Part shown: piece after piece, positions 47,152-57,041 of the stretch
How the letters are laid out: the number at the start of each line of letters is the position of its first letter
Position numbering within the stretch: position 1 is the stretch's first letter
Virus record (IMG/VR): IMGVR_UViG_3300020160_000289
Location: 27,549-91,548 of that record
Length of the DNA: 64,000 nt
From: a virus
Direction: 5' to 3' (one strand)
Notes under the pieces: model-generated
Databases searched by the model: none
Seen by the model: the letters and a program-made list of their open reading frames with translations, nothing else
What the model was told of the DNA's origin: nothing
Program-made: the position numbers and the translations under genes

Positions 47152-50100
47152 ATGGCTGATAATTGGCAAGGTCCTCCATCAAATGATCCAGGAGACAACT
47201 CTAATATATTAAACAATTATAAGTCAGTGACCTATAATTTTACTCTTGCGGCCATTAGTCCTACTGATCTAAAAAATCCTTCTTCTTATAGAAATAACAA
47301 ATTAAAATATATAATTGCCGCTAGCAAGGGCAAAGGTATCAACGCCATGTCTTCGGATGTAGTTCCTATCGAAACAAACATTACCGAAACTGAAACAATT
47401 AGAGAAGGCGGCCGAGTGTTAACTACTGTAGATAAGGTCACAGGAGTCAAAGTAGATTCTAAAACAGGAGAATCGGCAGTCAATAGCTTTAATGAACTTA
47501 GTCCCGGTGCCTTGGATTTGTTTATTGATGGGCTAGAAGTTGAATCAATTATTGCCCCTAACAATCAAACAGGTGTCGCTACTTCTACTAAACTTAGATT
47601 TGAAATTTTTGAACCTTATAGTGCTAACGGTTTTATTGAAGCTATCCACGTTGCAGCAGTGGCAGCAGGATGGACCGGATATTTAGGCGCGGCATACTTG
47701 ATAAAAATAGAATTTTTAGGATATCCTGATAATATTACAGACCCAGTTGCTGAACCAGAAACTGTTAAAGCTACCAAATATATTCCAATAAGACTAACCG
47801 GAACAGAAATGGAAGTTACTGAAAACGGTACTAGGTATAGATGTTCAGCTATTCCGTTCAACGAAGCCGCACACAGTATTCCTAATCAAATTTTCACTGA
47901 CGTGTCTTTCAGCGGCGACGATGTGGGATCAGTATTAACTAATCTTTTTGAAAATTTAAACAAAAGTTCCGAAGCTAGAGAGCAAAAAGAAAAATCAGCA
48001 GACGCTGCCAAAGTCTTTGACAAGTACGAAATTTATTTTCCCGAGTTGCCAAAAGAAGGCGAAGCAATATCGCTAGATTCTAATCTTAAGAAGAACGATA
48101 TAGCTGGAGCAAAAATAAATGAAAATTTAAGATCTAACAACATTTATAAATTTCCTCCAATTGAAAATTCTCCTAATGCTGATCGTCCTAAGAACATGAA
48201 ACAAAATACCGAGACTGGAGAAATGTATGATGCAGGAGACATTCCTCCTCCGGCCGGAACACAAAAGAAAACACCTCAAGTACAATTTTCTAAAGGCGCT
48301 AATATAACAGAGATCATTGAGGCTGTAATTCGAGATAGTCATTTTTTAAAAGAAATTTTAGAAGACGTTGAAAAGTCCAAAGACTCTGACGGCATGATAT
48401 CTTATTTTCAAATAATGATCAATACCATTCCAGGAGCAATGGATAGTACAACTAATCAACAAAAATTTACATATCAATATATTGTTGTTCCGTACAAGGT
48501 ACATTTTTCTAGATTACCAGGCCAAGAAAAATCAAAGTACAAAGCTGAGAACATGAAACGATATGTAAAAAGAGAGTACAACTATCTTTATACAGGAAAA
48601 AATATTGATGTATTAGCATTTAAATTAAATTTTAACAACTTATTTTTCCAGGCTGCTGTACCAAAAATGGCCAACAGCGATCAATCCGGTACCGCAGACG
48701 GCGCTGGAGCATCTAATCAATCCGATGTCAAACAACCAACCGGCGCCGGCTCTGGAGCAGACCAATCTCAATTAGGCGTTGCAGCTACTAGGAGTGATGG
48801 CAACGCAGTTACATCTAGTGGTAAAGGCCAAAGTTCGCAAACAGATCCGTATTTTAAAATTGCTGAGCTTGCTCATAATTCGATCTTAGAAAGTGTCAAT
48901 CTAATAACAGGTGATATAGAAATATTAGGAGATCCTTTTTATCTTTCTACATCGGGCATGGGCAATTATTTGCCTAAATTAAAAGATAATGCCATGACAG
49001 CCGACGGCGAAGCATCTTTTAATACTGGTCCGGTTGTGGTACGAATTAATTTTAGAAACCCAATTGATATTGACAACACAACCGGATTTGTAAGATTTTC
49101 AGATAAGGTACCTTTTAGCGGAATATATCAGGTACTTAAATGTAGAAACTCTTTTAGAGACGGAGTTTTTAAGCAGACATTATCCATTATGAGATTCCCG
49201 GGGCAGATAGAAAATAACCCTATTAAATTAAAAGAAACACCTGCCTTTGATTTTATTGAAGGTCCTAAGATCGGAGAACAAACAGTTATTGATTCAGCTC
49301 CGGCTGATGTTGGTAAATTTGGTGCTAAGTCAAATGACCTTAACATATATTCTCTAGTAGGCAAAGGCTTCCCGCAAGTAGGTGCCGTATCGGCACAATT
49401 TAAAACTGCCGCCGGTCTGCTTGGCGCAGGCTCAGCATTGTTAAATCAAGCAACGTCCGGATTACCTACAGGATTAAATTTAGCGGCAGGCGCAAATTCT
49501 TTACTTAAAGGAATACCTGCTGGAGTCGACACACTGGCTAAACTAGCAACATCAAATTTTAGTTTAAATCCAGCGGCCGCATTAACACAGGCTGGAAATA
49601 TAGCATCGTCTGTTATCCCCGGAGATCCTGGATCATTGCTAACACAGAATTTTTCATCGTCGGCTGCTAACATAGTTAACAATGCCTACAATGCTTCGGC
49701 AAATGCCGGAATTAAAACTTCTTATAGTTTAAATTCTGCGTTAGGTGCGACCAGGGGACTTCTTGGAAATTCTCTAGCAACTGCTAGTAGTCTAGGAGAC
49801 CCGTCATCATTTATCAACAGCGTTGGGGACAAAGTTTCAAACATTACTTCTATCCTACCAAACGGCGAGACTGGCGGATTAACACCTGCTCAGGCGGCAT
49901 CAGTTATTTCTGATGCGACGGCAAGAGGTGTATCTGCTGCATCTGCTTTAACCAACGCCAACGCATTTGGATTCAACCTTTCTGGATCTTCATTGACTCC
50001 GGCAAGTATTACAGCTAAGTTGGGAATTGATGCTAGCCAACTATCTGGATTAACAGGGAAACTTGATAGTAAACTTGCGGCTGAAGTTGAATCGATCGCC

Positions 50101-50790
50101 AAGTCAATTCCGGAAAATGTTAATTTAAACTCCGTTAAAGATACTGGTATTGTAATGGCCAATCTAGCAAAAGACTCACTACAGAATTTGCCAGCGATGC
50201 CACTTAAACTTAAGGCACCAGCCGCCGACCTTCCGGCGAGATCTTTTAGTTCTGAGCTTACTGCAGAACAACGTGCCGCTGTTATAACAGAAGCCACAGA
50301 AAAAGGAATCCCGGTAGAACAGGCCTTAAGAAATGCGGCAATGTTTGGTATTAATATTCCAAACTTGTCTTCTGCCGCTAAGGCAATTTCTCTAGCTGAC
50401 TTGCCTCAGCCGTTGCGAGGAGGTTTGCCAGGCGCTGGACTTAACCTTCCTGGGTTGATGGATTCTGCTTTAGGAAAACTAACGTCAGTACAAAAGAGCC
50501 TAGCAGGGATCGTCCCCGGTGCCGGAGCATTTGGTTCTATAGAAAACGGTATATCAAGTGTTCAACAAGCACTAGGTAATCCAGGATCTGCGGTCACTCA
50601 ATTGGCAAACTTAGGAAAGAGCGTTACTTCTAAGTTTGGAAGTTTAACTGCATCCGCAGCCGGACCTTTAGACAAGCTAATGAACAATGCCGTAAATAGC
50701 TTAAACGATCCTAACGCCGCACCTTATACAGGAACAGATCCTATAGTAAGAAGACGTCTAGGTTTACCTCCGATAGAAGAAGAAGCATAA
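47152..50790 (+). CDS. Baseplate hub protein (gp27/gpD-like) with long low-complexity tail
   Basis: 1212 aa between gp53 and gp5. IEILGDPF..FSGIYQVLKCRNSFRDGVFKQTL hub signature. Confidence 0.6.
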   Translation: MADNWQGPPSNDPGDNSNILNNYKSVTYNFTLAAISPTDLKNPSSYRNNKLKYIIAASKGKGINAMSSDVVPIETNITETETIREGGRVLTTVDKVTGVKVDSKTGESAVNSFNELSPGALDLFIDGLEVESIIAPNNQTGVATSTKLRFEIFEPYSANGFIEAIHVAAVAAGWTGYLGAAYLIKIEFLGYPDNITDPVAEPETVKATKYIPIRLTGTEMEVTENGTRYRCSAIPFNEAAHSIPNQIFTDVSFSGDDVGSVLTNLFENLNKSSEAREQKEKSADAAKVFDKYEIYFPELPKEGEAISLDSNLKKNDIAGAKINENLRSNNIYKFPPIENSPNADRPKNMKQNTETGEMYDAGDIPPPAGTQKKTPQVQFSKGANITEIIEAVIRDSHFLKEILEDVEKSKDSDGMISYFQIMINTIPGAMDSTTNQQKFTYQYIVVPYKVHFSRLPGQEKSKYKAENMKRYVKREYNYLYTGKNIDVLAFKLNFNNLFFQAAVPKMANSDQSGTADGAGASNQSDVKQPTGAGSGADQSQLGVAATRSDGNAVTSSGKGQSSQTDPYFKIAELAHNSILESVNLITGDIEILGDPFYLSTSGMGNYLPKLKDNAMTADGEASFNTGPVVVRINFRNPIDIDNTTGFVRFSDKVPFSGIYQVLKCRNSFRDGVFKQTLSIMRFPGQIENNPIKLKETPAFDFIEGPKIGEQTVIDSAPADVGKFGAKSNDLNIYSLVGKGFPQVGAVSAQFKTAAGLLGAGSALLNQATSGLPTGLNLAAGANSLLKGIPAGVDTLAKLATSNFSLNPAAALTQAGNIASSVIPGDPGSLLTQNFSSSAANIVNNAYNASANAGIKTSYSLNSALGATRGLLGNSLATASSLGDPSSFINSVGDKVSNITSILPNGETGGLTPAQAASVISDATARGVSAASALTNANAFGFNLSGSSLTPASITAKLGIDASQLSGLTGKLDSKLAAEVESIAKSIPENVNLNSVKDTGIVMANLAKDSLQNLPAMPLKLKAPAADLPARSFSSELTAEQRAAVITEATEKGIPVEQALRNAAMFGINIPNLSSAAKAISLADLPQPLRGGLPGAGLNLPGLMDSALGKLTSVQKSLAGIVPGAGAFGSIENGISSVQQALGNPGSAVTQLANLGKSVTSKFGSLTASAAGPLDKLMNNAVNSLNDPNAAPYTGTDPIVRRRLGLPPIEEEA

Positions 50791-50791
50791 C

Positions 50792-53095
50792 ATGTCATTT
50801 TTAACAAGAAAAAGATATAAATTACCACACCCAGGTCCTTGGGTCGGAGTTATTACAAATCACCTTGACCCTACTTATATGGGAGGTTTAGAAGTTTCTT
50901 TAATTAAATCTACGATGGGAGAACTTGAATTACAAAACGAAACGGTTGTAGTTAGACACATGACTCCTTTCTACGGAGTTACTCCTATATCAGCAGAAGG
51001 AACAAACTCATCAGATTTTAATGATGTTCAAAAAAGTTATGGAATGTGGTTTGTTCCCCCTGATCTAGGCACAAGGGTAATGTGTATATTTGTAGACGGT
51101 GATCCCAATCAAGGCTATTGGATAGGATGTGTACCTGACCAGTTTCAGAATCATATGGTTCCTGGAATCGCATCAAGCAAAGCGTCTGCGATGACTGCCG
51201 AACAAGAAAAGAAATACGGAACAAGAAATGTTCCTGTGGGAGAATTTTTAAAGAAAGGTAGAGATCTTTCAATTGGTCGGCCCGACGATTTTACTAAACC
51301 TATACATCCCTTTGCTGATCGATTGTTAGCACAGGGATTGTTGACAGACACAATTAGAGGGGGCAGTTCTAGTTCGGCTCGTCGAGAAGTTCCGAGTGCT
51401 GTATTTGGTATTAGTACTCCCGGCCCACTAGATAAAACCGGAAAAAAGGGTTATATTGGTTACGGAAAAGTAGCAACAGCGCCAGTTAGTAGACTAGGCG
51501 GATCTTCTTTTGTAATGGATGACGGAGATAAAGACGGCCAAAATGAACTAGTAAGAATACGAACAAGAACAGGCCACCAAATCTTATTACACAACAGTCA
51601 AGATTTAATTTATATTGCCAACAGTAAAGGTAGTGCTTGGATTGAACTTACAAGTAATGGCAAGATAGATATATTTGCTGAAGACAGCATAAGCATTCAT
51701 ACTGAGCAAGATTTTAACTTTAGGGCCGATCGAGATATTAATTTAGAAGCTGGCAGAGATTTAAAAATTTCAGTCGGTAGAAATATGCAAACTGAAGTTA
51801 CTAAGGATTTAGTCTTAGTAGTTTCTCGAAATGGTTTTATAACCTATTCTGGTACATTAGATCATAGTGTTGATTCCGATGCTGTATTTTCTTATGGTAC
51901 AAATTTACATGTTGGTGCTGGAGGTTCTATCTTTAATACAGCAACTAAGAATTATCATGTGACCGCCGGAACTAATATCTTTGAAACTGCAGTTGGCACG
52001 ATGAATTTAAAATCCGGAGGCAACATGCTACAGAGTACTGGCGCCACATTTAATGTTGGTGCGGTTGGGCTGTACTTGGCTACTGCTAGCGATATACATT
52101 TAAACGGTCCAGCGGCGTCCTCGGCCAAATCTGCTACTGCTGCCGATTCTGCTACAATTCCGTCTGCGCTTCCTCGATACTATTTGCCTAATAGACAAAA
52201 AGACTCAGGGTGGGATGATGGTAAGTTTTATAAAGCAACCGACCTTAATTCTATCATGAAGCGTGTTCCAACTCATGAACCTTGGGATCACCATGAAAAC
52301 GTTAATAGGTCGCTGTTTGAACCGACACTCACTGATACAGATGCGCCTACTCCTACTAAACAGCAAAAACAAAAAGGAACAGGGCCAGTAAGTCCTGTAA
52401 CTCAGTCTCCGGGAGAAGCAGGTAGGGGTACACAAGGTAATCCTAATCCAGCAAGACCGATATCCCCTCCGGTGCCAAATTTAAATAGGGCCGACATGCC
52501 AGCGGATTGGACTAAAGATTTAGCATTTTATAAGAAAGTTAAAGAAGTTGCTACGGCATTAAATTGTTCTCACATTGACTTATTATGTTGTATGGCGTTT
52601 GAAACAGGAAGAACGTTTAATCCAGCTTTAAGAAATAGTATCGGAGCAACTGGATTGATACAATTTATAAGACCAACTGCCATTGTCTTGGGAACAACTA
52701 CAGATTATCTAGCTACATTAACTAGAGTACAACAAATGGACTGGGTACTAAAATATTTTAAAGCAGGACCTATTAGAAAACTATCATCAGTTACATTAGA
52801 AGATCTTTACATGGCTATCCTTTGGCCAGCCGCAGTAGGTAAGCCAAATGACTATGTTCTATTCTCAAGTCCGTCTAAAGCCTATGAGCAGAATAAAGGC
52901 CTTGATAAAAATAAAGATGGTAACATTACTAAAGAAGAAGCGGCTGCTAAAGTTAGAGATCAGTTGAATTATATTAGAGGACAGTTGCTAAAGATACCAG
53001 ACGAGGGCGGAGTATGGACAGACAGCTCAGGCAATCCTATTTTGTCAGGAGATGGTACTCCAGTAAGATACGGCCCTTACCCGCCCGTTCGTTAA
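50792..53095 (+). CDS. Baseplate central spike (gp5/VgrG-like) with C-terminal lysozyme-like domain
   Basis: DP..GGLEV and GMWFVPPDLGTRV OB-fold; RTRTGHQI..IELTSNGKI beta-helix; IHLNG; AFETG..N..GATGLIQF muramidase motif. Confidence 0.82.
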   Translation: MSFLTRKRYKLPHPGPWVGVITNHLDPTYMGGLEVSLIKSTMGELELQNETVVVRHMTPFYGVTPISAEGTNSSDFNDVQKSYGMWFVPPDLGTRVMCIFVDGDPNQGYWIGCVPDQFQNHMVPGIASSKASAMTAEQEKKYGTRNVPVGEFLKKGRDLSIGRPDDFTKPIHPFADRLLAQGLLTDTIRGGSSSSARREVPSAVFGISTPGPLDKTGKKGYIGYGKVATAPVSRLGGSSFVMDDGDKDGQNELVRIRTRTGHQILLHNSQDLIYIANSKGSAWIELTSNGKIDIFAEDSISIHTEQDFNFRADRDINLEAGRDLKISVGRNMQTEVTKDLVLVVSRNGFITYSGTLDHSVDSDAVFSYGTNLHVGAGGSIFNTATKNYHVTAGTNIFETAVGTMNLKSGGNMLQSTGATFNVGAVGLYLATASDIHLNGPAASSAKSATAADSATIPSALPRYYLPNRQKDSGWDDGKFYKATDLNSIMKRVPTHEPWDHHENVNRSLFEPTLTDTDAPTPTKQQKQKGTGPVSPVTQSPGEAGRGTQGNPNPARPISPPVPNLNRADMPADWTKDLAFYKKVKEVATALNCSHIDLLCCMAFETGRTFNPALRNSIGATGLIQFIRPTAIVLGTTTDYLATLTRVQQMDWVLKYFKAGPIRKLSSVTLEDLYMAILWPAAVGKPNDYVLFSSPSKAYEQNKGLDKNKDGNITKEEAAAKVRDQLNYIRGQLLKIPDEGGVWTDSSGNPILSGDGTPVRYGPYPPVR

Positions 53096-53119
53096 CGGCA
53101 AAATCATGGATATTAAACC

Positions 53120-53129
53120 TAAATAAATA
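53120..53129 (+). promoter_or_regulatory. Late promoter core TAAATA (tandem)
   Basis: TAAATAAATA just before the gp25 ATG. Confidence 0.6.
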
Positions 53130-53134
53130 TTACT

Positions 53135-53569
53135 ATGGCCTATAAAAATATTGTAATTACACCTCCTAATTTACAGAATGTAACGACTAAGAAGACTAGT
53201 CAGTTCTATAAAGGATTTAGTACACTTGATGAAAATTCAACTAGTGTTAAGCTATTTGACCATGACGTTATTAAACAAGATCTTATTAATCAGTTTAACA
53301 CTAGAAAAGGCGAGCGTGTAATGAATCCTAATTTTGGATCTGTTATATGGGACTTGATATACGAACCACTAACTCCTGCAGTTAAACAACAAATTTCTTC
53401 TGATATTGATAGAATTCTAGCCTCAGAGCCTAGAGTAGTACCTACATTAGTTAATATTGTTGAACAAGACTACGGGTTCTTGCTTGAACTTACTCTTACC
53501 TATAAAGGCCTTGATGTGAGTGACAGCATGATTTTACAATTTGACAAGAATGTTGGACTATCTGGTTAA
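53135..53569 (+). CDS. gp25: Baseplate wedge subunit gp25
   Basis: IKQDLINQFNTRKGERVMNPNFGS..LIYEP..EPRV. Confidence 0.93.
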   Translation: MAYKNIVITPPNLQNVTTKKTSQFYKGFSTLDENSTSVKLFDHDVIKQDLINQFNTRKGERVMNPNFGSVIWDLIYEPLTPAVKQQISSDIDRILASEPRVVPTLVNIVEQDYGFLLELTLTYKGLDVSDSMILQFDKNVGLSG

Positions 53570-53594
53570 TAAACCGGGTAGTTTATACACCTAA

Positions 53595-53600
53595 TAAATA
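53595..53600 (+). promoter_or_regulatory. Late promoter core TAAATA
   Basis: AATAAATA 24 nt upstream of gp6. Confidence 0.65.
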
Positions 53601-53624
53601 CGCTATAACTAGGCAAAATGATCT

Positions 53625-56600
53625 ATGATACCTTCAACAAACTCTAAATTATTGGTAGCAGAGGATTGGAAAAAAGTTTACCAATCCTTCAAGAACTCTG
53701 ATTTTAAGAGTTACGATTTTGAAACCCTACGTAGGACAATGATTGCCTACCTCCGTGAAAAGTATCCGGAAGATTTCAACGACTATATTGAGTCAAGTGA
53801 GTATGTTGCTCTTATCGATCTTATCGCATACTTGGGTCAAAATTTAAGTTTCCGGGTTGACTTGAATGCCCGTGAAAACTTCCTAGAAACCGCACAGCGC
53901 CGCGACAGCATTTTACGTCTAGCACAGTTAATCAACTATAACGCTAAAAGAAATACTCCAGCTAGCGGATTCTTAAAACTTACCGCTATTTCTACAACAG
54001 ATAACGTGTTTGATGCCAACGGCAGTAACTTAGCTAATTCTGTTATCGGATGGAACGATGTAAGTAATCTAAATTGGTATCAGCAGTTTGTCACCATCCT
54101 AAATTCTGCTATGCCGTCTACTACAACGTTTGGCCGCCCAGATGATAGAAAAGTTATTAACGGAATACCAACTGAGCAGTATACAATTAATTCTGCTAAT
54201 TTAGATGTGCCTGCCTATACCTTTACAAAAAATATCGGCGGCATCACTATGCCATTTGAAATAGTTGGGTGTACTTTTTCTGGACAGAATTATGTTTACG
54301 AAACTACTCCAAAGCCAGCTGATCAATTTAGATTTATCTTTCAAAACGATTCAAAGGGTAGTTCCAGTGCTAACACTGGTTTCTTTGTTCACTTTAAACA
54401 GGGTACACTGAACTTAACTGGATTTGGTGTCGACTCTCCGGTTGCTAATGAGATTGTGGGAATTAATGCCACTAATGTCAACAACGACGATGTGTGGTTA
54501 TGGCAACTTAGTGGCGACGGTGCTTTTTTAAATAATTGGACCAAGGTAAGTGCCCTATCCGGTAACAACATCATTTATAATAGTCTAAGTAATTCTCAAA
54601 GAAATATTTTTGCAGTTACCACTAGAGAAAACGATCAAATTGATTTAAATTTTGCCGACGGCACATTTGGAAATTTGCCTAAAGGACAATTTAGATTATT
54701 TTACAGACAAAGCAACGGCTTGAAGTATTCAATCAAGCCGGAAAATGTTAACGGCGTACAAATTAATATTCCATATTACACCAAGTCTGGACAGCAACAA
54801 ACTTTAACTTTAACATTTAGTCTACAATATACTGTTACAAATAGCGAAGGTCCCGAAAGTAATACTAATATTAAAACTAAAGCCCCCCAGGCATACTATA
54901 CACAGAATCGTATGATTACTGCTGAGGATTATAATATTGCTCCTTTAACAGCTGGCTCAGACATTTTAAAAGTTAAAAGTGTTAACAGGATTTCAAGTGG
55001 TATTTCTAAGTACTACGAGCTAAGTGATGTTAGCGGAAAATATTCCAGTACAAACATATTTGGAAACGATGGACTTATCTATCAAGACGATAAAACACAG
55101 ACTTTTAGTTTTTCTTTTACAACAAAGAACGAGATTTATTCTGTTTTAATTAATCGACTAATTCCAATATTAGAGTCTACAAGTACTCGAAACTTTTATT
55201 TGAATAATTGGCCTAGACCGCTACTAACAGATCCGAGTACCTTATGGAAACAAGTTACTAAATCTACAAATCAAACCACAGGGTACTTTACAGACACGTT
55301 GGGAAATCCTTTACAAACAGGTTCTTTCTCGTCCGGAAATCTTACCTATGTAACCGCCGGTGCCCTTATAAAATTTATTCCTGCCCCAGGTTTTGTATTT
55401 TCTAAAAACGGAAAACTAATCTCTGCATCTAAAGCCGATTCTACAACACGGACAGTTAAGTGGGTAAAAACAACATTGGTTATTGGAGATGGTTCATACA
55501 ACGGAAACGGAGCCCTACCGGATGGAACCGGTCCAGTAACATTAACTCAAATAGTCCCTGACGGGTGTTATGCTGAACAGGTTATACCTACATTTGATAC
55601 AAACCTTAGCTATGCTTTAAAGACAGACATGGTAAACCTTAGTCTTTCTAAAAGAAATTTTGGATTAAGTTTTGCCGAAGATACAAGATCTTGGTATTTG
55701 ATCAACGATACAGATTTAAATTTAACTAGTCCTTTTAGTCTAGCATATCAGAAAGATACAACTAATACTAGTCTAGACTCAAGCTGGATGGTTGCTTTTA
55801 TTTGGGACGGAATCAACTATCAGGTAAGATATAGAATTACAGATTACATTTTTGAAAGCGAAAAAGAAACCGCGTTCTTCTTTGATAAAACTTCAAGAAA
55901 TTATGATTTTGAAACTAATACAGTTATCAAAGATCAAATAACTGTGTTGGGAATTAATTCAAGTCCAACAACATCAACATCTTTGATTGTCGATTACGGC
56001 TGGCAAATTGATAGCAATGTTATTGAATCTGATGGATATGTTGAACCTAAGAAAGTTGTAGTTTCATTTTTAGATCAGTTTAATGATAGTCAAATTGATA
56101 ATCCAGATGCATTTTCTGAAATTGTTCAACCTGGATCGATAAACGCTTTTACAACTTTTAAAGACAAGTTTGTGTATTTTAAAAGATCAGCAGACGAACT
56201 TACATACAACGTAACTGATGATTACATTTTAGCTTATCCAACACAGGGAGATATACCCGATGATTCTAATATAAGAGAAGAGGGGCAATTATTTTATCTA
56301 TATGATCCCTTAGTCGATGTTGTTGTTAGCTACTCTACTTCAACTGAAATTCCGTTTACATTGGCGCCTGCTTATTTTGCAAAAGCAGGAAGAAAAGATT
56401 TAAAATTTCACTATAGACACAATAGTGGAGATGACAGACGATTAGACCCAAGTAAAACTAATCTTATTGACGTTTATGTTCTTACTAGCTCGTATGATAT
56501 ATCTTATAGAAACTGGCTAGTAACTAATTCGGGAATAGAACCTCTGGCTCCTACTAGTTCATCTTTAGAAGAAAATTACTCATCGGTGCTAGAACCAATT

Positions 56601-57041
56601 AAAGCGATTAGTGATCAGATAGTTTATCAACCAGTAAAATACAAAGTGTTATTTGGTCCTCAGGCCAATATCAATTTACAAGCAACATTTAAAGCAGTTA
56701 AGAACAGCACAAGATCAACAACAGAAAATGAATTGAAAACTAAAATTCTTTCAGCAATTGAAGGTTTCTTTTCGTTAGAAAATTGGGAGTTTGGTCAAAC
56801 TTTTTATTTTAGCGAATTGGCTACTTACGTTATGAATCTTTTAACACCGGATATTACTAACTTTATTGTAGTACCAAAATCTGATGTTTCGTTTGGTAGT
56901 CTGTATGAGATTGCTTGTCAAAACAACGAAATTTTTATTAACGGTGCCTCGGTTGACGATATAGAAATTATAGATGCAATTACTTCAAGTCAAATTAAAA
57001 CCACATCAACAATTATTAACAGCACAGTAGGAGTATATTAA
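53625..57041 (+). CDS. gp6: Baseplate wedge subunit gp6
   Basis: DFETLR, LIDLIAY, ENFLETAQRRDSILRLAQLINY, FADGTFGNLP, QNRMITAEDY. Confidence 0.9.
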   Translation: MIPSTNSKLLVAEDWKKVYQSFKNSDFKSYDFETLRRTMIAYLREKYPEDFNDYIESSEYVALIDLIAYLGQNLSFRVDLNARENFLETAQRRDSILRLAQLINYNAKRNTPASGFLKLTAISTTDNVFDANGSNLANSVIGWNDVSNLNWYQQFVTILNSAMPSTTTFGRPDDRKVINGIPTEQYTINSANLDVPAYTFTKNIGGITMPFEIVGCTFSGQNYVYETTPKPADQFRFIFQNDSKGSSSANTGFFVHFKQGTLNLTGFGVDSPVANEIVGINATNVNNDDVWLWQLSGDGAFLNNWTKVSALSGNNIIYNSLSNSQRNIFAVTTRENDQIDLNFADGTFGNLPKGQFRLFYRQSNGLKYSIKPENVNGVQINIPYYTKSGQQQTLTLTFSLQYTVTNSEGPESNTNIKTKAPQAYYTQNRMITAEDYNIAPLTAGSDILKVKSVNRISSGISKYYELSDVSGKYSSTNIFGNDGLIYQDDKTQTFSFSFTTKNEIYSVLINRLIPILESTSTRNFYLNNWPRPLLTDPSTLWKQVTKSTNQTTGYFTDTLGNPLQTGSFSSGNLTYVTAGALIKFIPAPGFVFSKNGKLISASKADSTTRTVKWVKTTLVIGDGSYNGNGALPDGTGPVTLTQIVPDGCYAEQVIPTFDTNLSYALKTDMVNLSLSKRNFGLSFAEDTRSWYLINDTDLNLTSPFSLAYQKDTTNTSLDSSWMVAFIWDGINYQVRYRITDYIFESEKETAFFFDKTSRNYDFETNTVIKDQITVLGINSSPTTSTSLIVDYGWQIDSNVIESDGYVEPKKVVVSFLDQFNDSQIDNPDAFSEIVQPGSINAFTTFKDKFVYFKRSADELTYNVTDDYILAYPTQGDIPDDSNIREEGQLFYLYDPLVDVVVSYSTSTEIPFTLAPAYFAKAGRKDLKFHYRHNSGDDRRLDPSKTNLIDVYVLTSSYDISYRNWLVTNSGIEPLAPTSSSLEENYSSVLEPIKAISDQIVYQPVKYKVLFGPQANINLQATFKAVKNSTRSTTENELKTKILSAIEGFFSLENWEFGQTFYFSELATYVMNLLTPDITNFIVVPKSDVSFGSLYEIACQNNEIFINGASVDDIEIIDAITSSQIKTTSTIINSTVGVY

